DNA from: Nitrospinota bacterium
GTDB lineage: Bacteria > UBA8248
DNA: 10,943 nucleotides
Reading direction: 5' to 3'
Assembly: GCA_030754595.1 (NCBI GenBank)
Contig: JASLZZ010000091.1
Coordinates: forward strand, 1 to 10,943
The position numbers were made by a program, and so were the translations under genes. How positions within the stretch are numbered: position 1 is the first letter of the stretch; every line of letters starts with the position of its first letter. The notes under the pieces were generated by a model. The model saw only the letters and a list, made by a program, of their open reading frames with translations. It ran no database searches and was not told the origin of the DNA. Positions 1 to 10,154 of the stretch are shown piece after piece.

Positions 1-50
1 CTGACCTGCTGATTACGAATCAGCCGCTCTACCACCTGAGCTACGTCGGC
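1..50 (-). tRNA. tRNA-Thr(CGT), 5' part only; 3' end lies beyond the window start
   Basis: Reverse complement reads GCCGACGTAGCTCAGGTGGTAGAGCGGCTGATTCGTAATCAGCAGGTCAG. It has a canonical D-arm, an anticodon stem GCTGA/TCAGC with loop TTCGTAA (anticodon CGT), and then the AGGTC variable region. Confidence 0.95.
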
Positions 51-88
51 CTGGGCCAGCGGGGTCGGGCCTCGCTGGCGGCGGGGGT

Positions 89-117
89 ATTGAACACAGG
101 CCGCCCGCCCCCGTCAA
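89..117 (-). promoter_or_regulatory. Putative sigma70 promoter for tRNA-Thr
   Basis: Minus strand TTGACG (117-112), 17-bp spacer, TTCAAT (94-89), about 40 bp upstream of the tRNA 5' end. Confidence 0.4.
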
Positions 118-142
118 GCAGCTCTCCTGCCCCCGTAAAGAC

Positions 143-171
143 TTGACTTAATAGCCTCCTCCAAGTATCTC
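143..171 (+). promoter_or_regulatory. Putative sigma70 promoter for tRNA-Lys
   Basis: TTGACT (143-148), 17-bp spacer, TATCTC (166-171), ending 19 bp before the tRNA. The -10 match is imperfect. Confidence 0.45.
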
Positions 172-189
172 CCTTGTCACTTTTTCCGT

Positions 190-265
<76 letters not shown>

Positions 266-280
266 TTTCTCTATTCATCT

Positions 281-331
281 TATTCGCTCCTACCCTCCCG
301 GCGGCCCTCCCGCCGGCGGGGTAGGCGAATA
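281..331 (+). terminator. Long imperfect hairpin after tRNA-Lys (possible terminator or processing structure)
   Basis: Nested complementary blocks TATTCG/CGAATA, CCTACCC/GGGTAGG and CCGGCGG/CCGCCGG around loop CCCTC. There is no U-tract after it on the + strand. Confidence 0.4.
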
Positions 332-545
332 GGGGCGCGCCTTGGCAAATCCCCCCACACCATACCGTATTCCTCAATCAAGCTCGCTCCGCCTGCCCAC
401 CCACGCGAAAGCGCCGTTATCGGCTCGAAATTCGGAGAAAGCGGGGGTTTAATGCTCGTCTTGGGATAATTGGGCAGAAAAAATGACAGCGGCGCGGACC
501 TGGCCGGCCCGGGAGCGAGTTGCTTCTTTTACACTTCTCTTTCTT

Positions 546-563
546 TGTGGCAAATGCTACATT
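546..563 (+). promoter_or_regulatory. Extended -10 promoter with overlapping inverted repeat (candidate antitoxin auto-operator)
   Basis: TGcTACATT (555-563) fits TGnTATAAT. It is overlapped by TGTGGCA-AA-TGCTACA (546-561; 6/7 inverted-repeat match), about 45 bp upstream of the antitoxin start. Confidence 0.45.
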
Positions 564-606
564 TTACGGGCCCAGGGAAATATGATTGGTGTTGAGGGGG
601 AACCCT

Positions 607-849
607 ATGGCCAGGCAAGTTGATCAAAAAACGCGAATTCAAATCCAGGATCTGGACACCGTATCCGCGACGGATGCGAAAAACCGCTTCGGCGACCTCC
701 TTCACCGGGTGGTCTACGGCCATGAGCCCGTCCTCATCGAGAGAAACGGGCGACCGATGGCCGTGCTGATCGATATCGATCAGTATCTCGATATGAGACG
801 AAAGGCCCGGGCCGAGAACAAGAAATCCCCCTTTTCCCCGAATCCCTGA
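607..849 (+). CDS. Phd/YefM family type II antitoxin (80 aa)
   Basis: TVSATDAKNRFGDLLHRVVYGHEPVLIERNGRPMAVLIDIDQY matches the Phd/YefM pattern (vsateak.nf..ll..v..gepv.I.r.GrpvAvl). ATG at 607 is preceded by GAGGGG SD, so it is preferred over the track's 586 start. Stop is TGA at 847-849. Confidence 0.9.
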   Translation: MARQVDQKTRIQIQDLDTVSATDAKNRFGDLLHRVVYGHEPVLIERNGRPMAVLIDIDQYLDMRRKARAENKKSPFSPNP

Positions 850-947
850 AACCGCTCCTTTTTCATTCAAAACACCCCCGTTTTAACTTGTCGCTTTAAA
901 GCAAGTTAAGATCATCACAAAATAAGACCCATCCCTTTGCAGTATCG

Positions 948-986
948 AACAATTATTGTTGACAATCGGGTAACTAACCATATTAG
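948..986 (+). promoter_or_regulatory. Perfect -35 (TTGACA) embedded in overlapping palindromes; weak -10
   Basis: AACAAT-T-ATTGTT (948-960) and ATTGT-TG-ACAAT (955-966) overlap TTGACA (959-964). TATTAG lies at 981-986 after a 16-bp spacer. Confidence 0.4.
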
Positions 987-1132
987 CCAACACAGTTAGC
1001 TGAGAACCCATCAGAGGAGCCGCTATCCCCGTCGCGTGGGTTCCCGCAGCCGGGTCCGGGCAAACATCCGAATAAAGGGAAAATGGCCACCGATGGAACT
1101 ATCTTAATATAAGTAGCCGATTCAAAAGAGAA

Positions 1133-1203
1133 GTGGGCTCGGTCCCATGACCGAGCCACACGGGGTCCGGCCGCGGGACCGGGGCCATCAATCTTTATTT
1201 TTT
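1133..1203 (+). terminator. Strong hairpin, second hairpin and T-rich tail (candidate terminator)
   Basis: Perfect 9-bp stem GGCTCGGTC-ccat-GACCGAGCC (1136-1157), extendable by GTG/CAC. Then GGTCC/GGACC (1164-1180) and TTTATTTTTT (1194-1203). Confidence 0.45.
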
Positions 1204-1241
1204 CGGGGCCGCGCTTTCCCCTCGCTATCTGTCACCACCGT

Positions 1242-1270
1242 TTGTCTCCGACCCCGGGGCCTCCTATGAT
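1242..1270 (+). promoter_or_regulatory. Putative sigma70 promoter of the dehydrogenase gene
   Basis: TTGTCT (1242-1247), 17-bp spacer, TATGAT (1265-1270), 85 bp upstream of ATG 1355. Confidence 0.6.
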
Positions 1271-1354
1271 GATTTTCAGCCGCGAATTATTTCACCCTGA
1301 TTTTTTATTTCACCGTAATTTATCCGCCCGCTTCGGGGCGTATTGGAGATCTCA

Positions 1355-2383
1355 ATGAAAGGAATGGTTTTAAAGGAATTCGGCCAACCCCTGGTTCTCG
1401 ACGAACTCGATGACCCCAAGCCCGGCCCCGGCGAGGTGTTGGTGGAGTCAAAGACGAACGGGCTGTGCGCCACCGATCTGAAGGTCATGGCGGGGCTGGT
1501 CAAAACCGCCCCGACCCCCCTCAGGCTCGGCCACGAGAACGCGGGCGTGGTCCTCGAAACGGGCCCGGATGTGGATTCCGTCCGGCCCGGCGACAGGGTG
1601 GTCGTCGTCTCGAAGAAAACCTGCGGCCAGTGCCGAATGTGCCGGAACGGTCACGAGGAAATGTGCCTGAACACCTCGGGCCGGATGGGGATCGAGATGG
1701 ACGGAGGATTCGGCCAGCTCGTTGCCGCCCCTGCGCGGAATCTCGTCAAGGTCGGTCCCAACGTCGAGTTGCCCGGGGCTTCCCTCATCGGCGGAACACT
1801 CGCCTCACCCCTCCATTCCATCCGCATGGCCCGAGTCGGACTCGGCGAGACGGCGGTGATTTTCGGTCTCGGCGGCCTGGGCCTTCATGCCCTACAGCTT
1901 CTTTGCCATCTGGGCGCAAGGGTGATCGGGGTGGACGTTCAACCCGAAAAACTCGAAAAGGCAAGGGAACTCGGGGCCTCGGAGACCATCAACGCCGCCA
2001 CGGAGGACCCGGTAAAGGCAGTCATGGACATGACCGACGGGGTCGGCGCCGAGGTCGCCCTCGAAATCGTGGGCGGGGCGGCCGTCCCGGCCGTGCTCCA
2101 GCAATGCCTGGACCTACTCGCCCCCGGCGGGCGGATGATCATCCTGGGCTACCACTACGGCCAATCGTTTTCGATCGACCCGGCCCAACTCGTTTACAAG
2201 TGGATCCAGATCATCGCCTCGCACAATCACAGCGTCCAGGACGTCCGCGACGCCGCCAGCCTCGTCAACGACGGCAAGGTGAAACCGGTCATCTCCGAAA
2301 TCGCCCCGATGCCCGAAGCCAACGAGGCCATCGAACGGCTCCGGGCCGGCGACCCCATCGGAAGAATCGTCCTGGAGTGGTAG
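1355..2383 (+). CDS. Zinc-binding medium-chain dehydrogenase/reductase (alcohol dehydrogenase family), probably NAD-dependent
   Basis: GLCATD and GHENAG catalytic-Zn motifs, CGQCRMC...C structural Zn, Rossmann motif GLGGLG with acidic residue in GVD, and C-terminal GRIVL. ATG 1355 follows GGAG SD (1345-1348). Stop is TAG. Confidence 0.93.
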   Translation: MKGMVLKEFGQPLVLDELDDPKPGPGEVLVESKTNGLCATDLKVMAGLVKTAPTPLRLGHENAGVVLETGPDVDSVRPGDRVVVVSKKTCGQCRMCRNGHEEMCLNTSGRMGIEMDGGFGQLVAAPARNLVKVGPNVELPGASLIGGTLASPLHSIRMARVGLGETAVIFGLGGLGLHALQLLCHLGARVIGVDVQPEKLEKARELGASETINAATEDPVKAVMDMTDGVGAEVALEIVGGAAVPAVLQQCLDLLAPGGRMIILGYHYGQSFSIDPAQLVYKWIQIIASHNHSVQDVRDAASLVNDGKVKPVISEIAPMPEANEAIERLRAGDPIGRIVLEW

Positions 2384-2533
2384 CATACCGGGGTAAGGCG
2401 ATGTGGCCGGGAGACGGTTCACGGAGCGCCAGCCACGCCGCTTCCTGGACGGGTGCGCCCCGTCAAGAGTGTTCGCCCAGGGCTCCAACGGGTTCGCGGT
2501 CAGGGATTTTCAGGTGAGCCAGAAAGGTTTGCC

Positions 2534-4581
2534 ATGAACCCACAATCCTCCTCTCGGCCCCTGCCGGGCACTCCTGACGGGACGGACCCTGCCGGAGCGG
2601 ACTCTGATTGGGCGTCACCGGGCGAAACGCCTCAGGATGCGCCTCCCCCCGCCGCCTCCCCCCTCGGGGACTCCTCGCGTGTGATGCTCCAGCAGATCAT
2701 CGATGTCGGCACCCGCCTGGTCGGCGCCCGGTACGGAGCGCTCGGAATCTTCAATGACTCGGGCAGTGATATTGTCCAGTTCATCACCTCCGGTATCGAA
2801 GAGAGCGTCCGGGAGGCAATCGGGCCTTTTCCCGCATGAAAGGGCATCCTCGGCTTCCTCACCCGGGATCCGAGGCCCCACCGTATCGCCGACATCGGCA
2901 AAGACCCCCGCTCGGCGGGTTTTCCCTCTCACCATCCCCCGATGACCTCATTCCTGTGCGTCCCTCTCAAGTCGGGTGAAAAAGTTCACGGAAACCCCTA
3001 CTTCACCGACAAACAGGGCGCCGAGGAGTTTACCTTCGAGGACGAAAAAATCGCCGAAAGTTTCTCGGCGCTGGCCATGGCCGCGATCGAGCGCGAGTCG
3101 GCCTATCACGAAGCGAGCGAGTCCGAGAGCCGCTACTGGGAGACCCTTGAGAACATCCACCTCATCTCGGTCGGCCTCGACACCGAGGGGACGATCAGCT
3201 TCTGCAACGATTTTCTGCTCCAGCTCACAGGCTGGAGCCGCGAGGAGGTGCTGGGCCGCGACTGGTTCGAGGTCTTTCTCCCCCCCCCCCCCCCGAAATT
3301 AGTGAGGAAGTGAAACGTCTTCATCGCGGGATTGTCGCCTCGGGCGCGGCCGCCCCGCACCACGAAAACGAGATCGTCACCCGAGAGGGCGCCCGGCGGC
3401 TGATCTCGTGGAACAACACCATCCTCCACGGTCCGAACGGAAACGTCACCGGCACGATCAGCATCGGAGAGGACATCACCGAGCGAAAACTGGCCGAGGA
3501 TCAACTTCACCAGAGCGAGAAACTCGAGGCCCTGGGCCGCCTTTCCTCGGGCGTTTCCCACGACTTCAACAACGCTCTCGAAATCATCCACGGGAGCGCC
3601 GAGGTTCTCGAAAGACTCCTCCGGAGAGAGGAGGTCGATCCCGATATTCTCGAATACGTAGACATCATCCTGAAATCCGCGATGAGCGCCGCCGGGACCG
3701 TCAAGCGGCTTCAGGACTTCGCCCGAAAGCGCGAGGACCGCCCGGCGAGCGTGGCCGACCTCAACGAGGTCATCCGCGAGGCCGAGGCCGGGGGCATCCC
3801 CCTTGAATTCATCGTCGAGCCCCTGGCCCGGAAGCCCCTGGTCAGCGGCGTCGATACCGAGCTTCACGAAATTCTCATCAATCTCATCAACAACGCCCTC
3901 GACGCCATGCCGGAGGGCGGACGCATCACATTGATCACGGAGGACACTCCCGAGGGGCCGCGAGTGGTGTTGGCGGACAACGGCCACGGCATGTCCGCCG
4001 AGGTCAGGGCCCGCGCCTTCGAGCCCTTCTTCTCCACCAAGGGGGAGAGCGGAACCGGCATGGGTCTCAGCATGGCCTTTGGAATCGTTAAGCGCTATGG
4101 CGGGAGCATCGCCATCGTGAGCGAGGAGGGCGCCGGAACGCGGATCAGCTTTTCTCTCCCCTCCTCGGAGTTCGTGGAGGATGACTACGGCGAGGAGACG
4201 ATCATCCACGCCGGGCCGGCGAGCATCCTCGTTATCGAGGACGAGCCCGATATGGTTCGCGTCGTGCGGGATTTGCTCGAGGAAGGAGGATATACGGTCG
4301 AGATCGCCGGAGACGGGGCGGCGGGCATTGAAATCTTTTCCGGTGCCCGTCACGATCTGGTTATCTCGGATTTGGCCATGCCCGGCATGTCGGGCACCGA
4401 GGTGGCCCGGAGGAGCAAGGATATCTCCCCGGCAACGCCGGTGTTTCTCCTGACCGGCTGGCAGGCGGTGATGGACTCGGAGGAGTTGTCCGAGTGCGGA
4501 GTCGATCGGGTGATGGTCAAGCCCCTCAAGAAGGCCAAGCTTCACCGGAACGTGACCGAGATGCTGACCGGGAGCGGGTAG
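2534..4581 (+). pseudogene. Interrupted hybrid sensor histidine kinase/response regulator: DosS-like GAF, PAS/PAC, HisKA, HATPase, REC
   Basis: ORFs 2453-2839 and 2942-3313 share a frame, separated only by TGA 2837-2839; read through, they give ARYGALGI...IGPFPA*KGILG...GFPSHHPPMTSFL. The PAS domain is split by a frameshift at C15 (3280-3294) and resumes as EISEEVKRL...ISWNNT...GEDITERK. H-box SHDFNN, N-box NLINNA, DNGHGM, FEPFFSTK, GTGMGL. REC motifs IEDE, SDLAMPGMSG, LTG, KP. The start codon is uncertain. Confidence 0.9.
3280..3294 (+). repeat. Poly-C homopolymer (C15) at the kinase frameshift
   Basis: TTTCT-C15-GAAATT. Fourteen Cs follow the CTC codon; a multiple of three is needed to join the downstream frame. 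Confidence 0.95.
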
Positions 4582-4683
4582 CCCTCCGCTCTTCTGCGGC
4601 GGGCGGGATTTGTGCGATACTTTCGCCGCCGGAATGAAAAGCTAACTTGATCTTGTTCGCAGAAAAGCAAGGGGTGCGATTCC

Positions 4684-6075
4684 ATGGGGAACCGAATAGA
4701 AACAGACACGATGGGCGAAATCGAGGTCCCTGACGACAGATACTACGGGGCGCAGACGGCCCGATCCCTGATGAACTTCAAGATCGGGGGTGATCGCTTC
4801 CCGCGGGAGATGATCCGCGCCCTGGGAATCCTCAAAAAAGCCGCCGCGCTCGCCAACCGCGAGCTCGGCACCCTCTCCGAGGAGAAAGCCGATCTTATCG
4901 TCCGAGCCGCCGACGAGGTGATCGAGGGAAAGCTCGACGAGCACTTCCCCCTCGTCGTCTGGCAAACCGGCAGCGGCACCCAGACCAACATGAACTCGAA
5001 CGAGGTCATCTCCAACCGCGCCATCGAGTTGGCCGGCGGCGTGATCGGCTCGAAGGACCCGATTCACCCCAACGACGACGTGAATCAGGCCCAGTCCTCG
5101 AACGACACTTTCCCCACGGCGATGCATATCGCCGCCGCCGAGCGAATCAACTCCCACCTCATTCCCGAGACGGGCCGTCTTCAAAAAACCCTCGCCGGTA
5201 AGGCCGCCGCGTTCAGCGACATCATCAAGATCGGGCGCACCCATCTCATGGACGCCGTCCCTCTCACCCTGGGCCAGGAGTTCTCCGGCTACGCCCAGCA
5301 ACTCGAAAACGACATCGAGCGCGTGCGCGGCACCCTCGGCGGCCTCTACGAACTCGCCCTCGGCGGCACCGCCGTGGGAACCGGGCTGAACACCCACCCC
5401 GAGTTCGCCGAGAAGGGAACGGCCCAAATCGCCAGACTCACCGGCCTCCCCTTTTGCTCGGCGCCGAACAAATTCGAGGCCCTCGCCGCACACGACGCCG
5501 TCGTCTTCGCCAGCGGCGCGGTCAGGACCCTGGCAGGGGCCCTGATGAAACTCGCCAACGACATCCGCTGGCTGGCCTCGGGGCCGCGCAGCGGAATCGG
5601 CGAGCTCATCATCCCCGCGAACGAACCCGGAAGCTCGATCATGCCCGGCAAGGTGAACCCCACCCAGTGCGAGGCCATGACCATGGTCTGCGCTCAGGTG
5701 ATCGGCAACGACGTGGTCGTGGGCGTGGGCGGCGCCTCGGGCAACTTCGAGTTGAACGTCTTCAAGCCCGTGATGATTTTCAACCTGCTGAACTCGATCC
5801 GTCTGCTCGCCGACGCCTGCGCCTCCTTCGACGAACACTGCGCGGTCGGCATCGAACCCAACCGCCCCGTTATCGAGGAATTTCTCAAGCGCTCCCTCAT
5901 GCTCGTAACCGCCCTCAACCCGGTCATCGGCTACGACAACGCCGCCAAGGTGGCGAAGAAGGCCCACAGCGAGGGCGGCACCTTGCGCGAGGCGGCGATT
6001 GAACTGGGCATTCTGAGCGGAGAGGAGTTCGACAAGGCTGTCCGGCCCGACCAGATGATAGGGCCGAAAAACTAG
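4684..6075 (+). CDS. fumC: Class II fumarate hydratase
   Basis: [56 protein letters not shown] and the fumarate-lyase signature [15 protein letters not shown]; 463 aa. Confidence 0.98.
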   Translation: MGNRIETDTMGEIEVPDDRYYGAQTARSLMNFKIGGDRFPREMIRALGILKKAAALANRELGTLSEEKADLIVRAADEVIEGKLDEHFPLVVWQTGSGTQTNMNSNEVISNRAIELAGGVIGSKDPIHPNDDVNQAQSSNDTFPTAMHIAAAERINSHLIPETGRLQKTLAGKAAAFSDIIKIGRTHLMDAVPLTLGQEFSGYAQQLENDIERVRGTLGGLYELALGGTAVGTGLNTHPEFAEKGTAQIARLTGLPFCSAPNKFEALAAHDAVVFASGAVRTLAGALMKLANDIRWLASGPRSGIGELIIPANEPGSSIMPGKVNPTQCEAMTMVCAQVIGNDVVVGVGGASGNFELNVFKPVMIFNLLNSIRLLADACASFDEHCAVGIEPNRPVIEEFLKRSLMLVTALNPVIGYDNAAKVAKKAHSEGGTLREAAIELGILSGEEFDKAVRPDQMIGPKN

Positions 6076-6117
6076 AGGTCGTTACATAACCCAAACCCGG
6101 TATTTTCAGCCCCCCGA

Positions 6118-6149
6118 GATTTTCGGCCTTGTAAGGAGGCCGTAAAATC
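6118..6149 (+). terminator. Hairpin downstream of fumC
   Basis: GATTTT-CGGCCT-loop(7)-AGGCCG-t-AAAATC, starting 43 bp after the stop. Confidence 0.4.
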
Positions 6150-6260
6150 AGGGCCCTTGATGAGCGGATATTTCACGAAATCGGTTATGAAACAAGTTCC
6201 AGTTATCCCCATGGTTTAGGCGAATCCGCCGAGGCCGGGGGTGAATCGAAGGAGACTTCG

Positions 6261-6839
6261 ATGAGAACCTTTCTTCTTATCGCCCTTGCTTTGTTGCCGC
6301 GGACAGCGCTCGCCGCCGTAACCGTCGATAAGATAGTCCCGGTCTGAGATCGGATGATCATTGACGCCACCTACCGGAACGAAACCGAAAAGTTAGAAAC
6401 GTCCATCGAAATCAGATGCATCATCCTTGGAGCCGATGGCCGGGAGTTGAGCAAGGGGAAAATTCTGCTCAAGGGCCCCCTCGCCCCCGGAAGCCCTCGA
6501 CTGGTGCATGTCACGGCGAAATTACCGGATGAAACACCCGCCTCGGCCAAATGCGAATCGAAAAAATACCGTGTTCAATGGGTGCTCTGGTCCCAATCCT
6601 CCGAAGTGAATCCCTCGGCCGTCACAAAAGAAAAATGGGCGAAGCTGGACGGGAAATTCGATCATGCCGGCGATTGCGGGCGCTACCGGGAGGAGGCCTA
6701 CCGGAAAAGGCTTGGAGAGCTCCGGAAGAAACACCCCGGCGCGAGGCGGCGATGTTACATCCTTTTATATAGCGCGGGAGGAAAGCGCCGGAGAGAGCGC
6801 TTCCAGTGCGCCAAAGCGGGAATCGATCTAAACCGGTGA
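6261..6839 (+). pseudogene. Exported hypothetical protein with an in-frame TGA at codon 29
   Basis: AAGGAG SD (6249-6254) and ATG 6261 give the signal peptide MRTFLLIALALLPRTALA/AVTVDKIVPV, then TGA (6345-6347), then DR leading in frame into the track ORF 6354-6839. The product has an N-terminal beta-rich module and a C-terminal WVLW...W...C...C module. Confidence 0.7.
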
Positions 6840-6913
6840 TCCGGATTCAGCCCCCGGAGGCGGGGTCTTCTCACAGCCGACCTTCGCACCCTACAAAAAA
6901 CCTCTTAGGGGCT

Positions 6914-9649
<2,736 letters not shown>

Positions 9650-9721
9650 GGGGAGCCTCCAGGTGATGTGGCCGCGACGGCGAACAAGCGCCCTGATTGA
9701 GCCGGGGCGATGCTGTCAGCA

Positions 9722-9734
9722 TAAGTCTTTGATA
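9722..9734 (-). promoter_or_regulatory. IHF consensus site upstream of acnA
   Basis: Minus strand TATCAAAGACTTA is a perfect match to WATCAANNNNTTR, flanked by an AT-rich tract, about 73 bp upstream of acnA. Confidence 0.55.
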
Positions 9735-10003
9735 TTTATTCAGTTAAAAATTTTCGCGGAAGCAGGGCAACGCCTCCGAGGGCCCGAGGATACCACAACC
9801 CGCCGCACGTTTCGACGCCGGGCGGCGATTCGGGCACACGCGGGGGGGAGGAACAAAGTTTCGTCATTCCGAGCGCCAGCAAGGGATTCTTTCAGCGTTC
9901 TTGATGGACTTCTCCGCGGGAAACACCACACGAGGAAGGTAAATTGGCCGAACTCTCGAAAAAGGGAGCGCGTTGCCGAAAAATTCCGGGTTTTAAAAAA
10001 TCT

Positions 10004-10032
10004 TTTACAATCCCATAACAATCTCATGACAA
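10004..10032 (-). promoter_or_regulatory. Pho-box-like triple direct repeat (OmpR/PhoB family binding site)
   Basis: Minus strand TTGTCAT-GAGA-TTGTTAT-GGGA-TTGTAAA: three 7-mers at an 11-bp period resembling CTGTCAT-N4-CTGTCAC. Confidence 0.6.
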
Positions 10033-10154
10033 TTCCCCCGGAATACCTCCCTAAAATCGCATTTCGGTAAGAGCGCTTCCGCTGGAGTGGCGCCCGCGCC
10101 GGGCCCGACCCAGGAATCATTTTGGCTCATCTTTCATCTAAAAAGTGAGAGATC

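Noticed and set aside
529..870. 113-aa antisense ORF as the missing toxin
   Set aside because: It fully overlaps the antitoxin on the opposite strand and has no PIN, RelE or Fic motifs.
1056..1100. c-di-GMP-I riboswitch suggested by GGGCAAACATCCGAA
   Set aside because: The following GAAA-tetraloop stem and the GACGCAAAGC segment are absent.
1083..1112. 9-aa ORF MATDGTILI as a leader or toxin peptide
   Set aside because: The SD-like GGGA is only 2 nt from the ATG; it is too short for a type I toxin and has no regulatory codon run.
1465..2517. 350-aa alternative-frame ORF over the dehydrogenase
   Set aside because: Arg/Gly/Pro-rich shadow frame typical of high-GC coding DNA; no motifs.
2837..2880. 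Selenocysteine insertion: a hairpin (CCTCGG/CCGAGG) directly follows the in-frame TGA
   Set aside because: The aligned residue in this GAF family is Gly, not Cys; the apical loop lacks the leading G typical of bacterial SECIS; such stems are common in GC-rich DNA. No comparable stem follows TGA 6345.
3133..5967. Long antisense ORFs 3133-4545 and 4642-5967
   Set aside because: They mirror the kinase and fumC codons; stop-poor antisense frames are expected with this codon bias.
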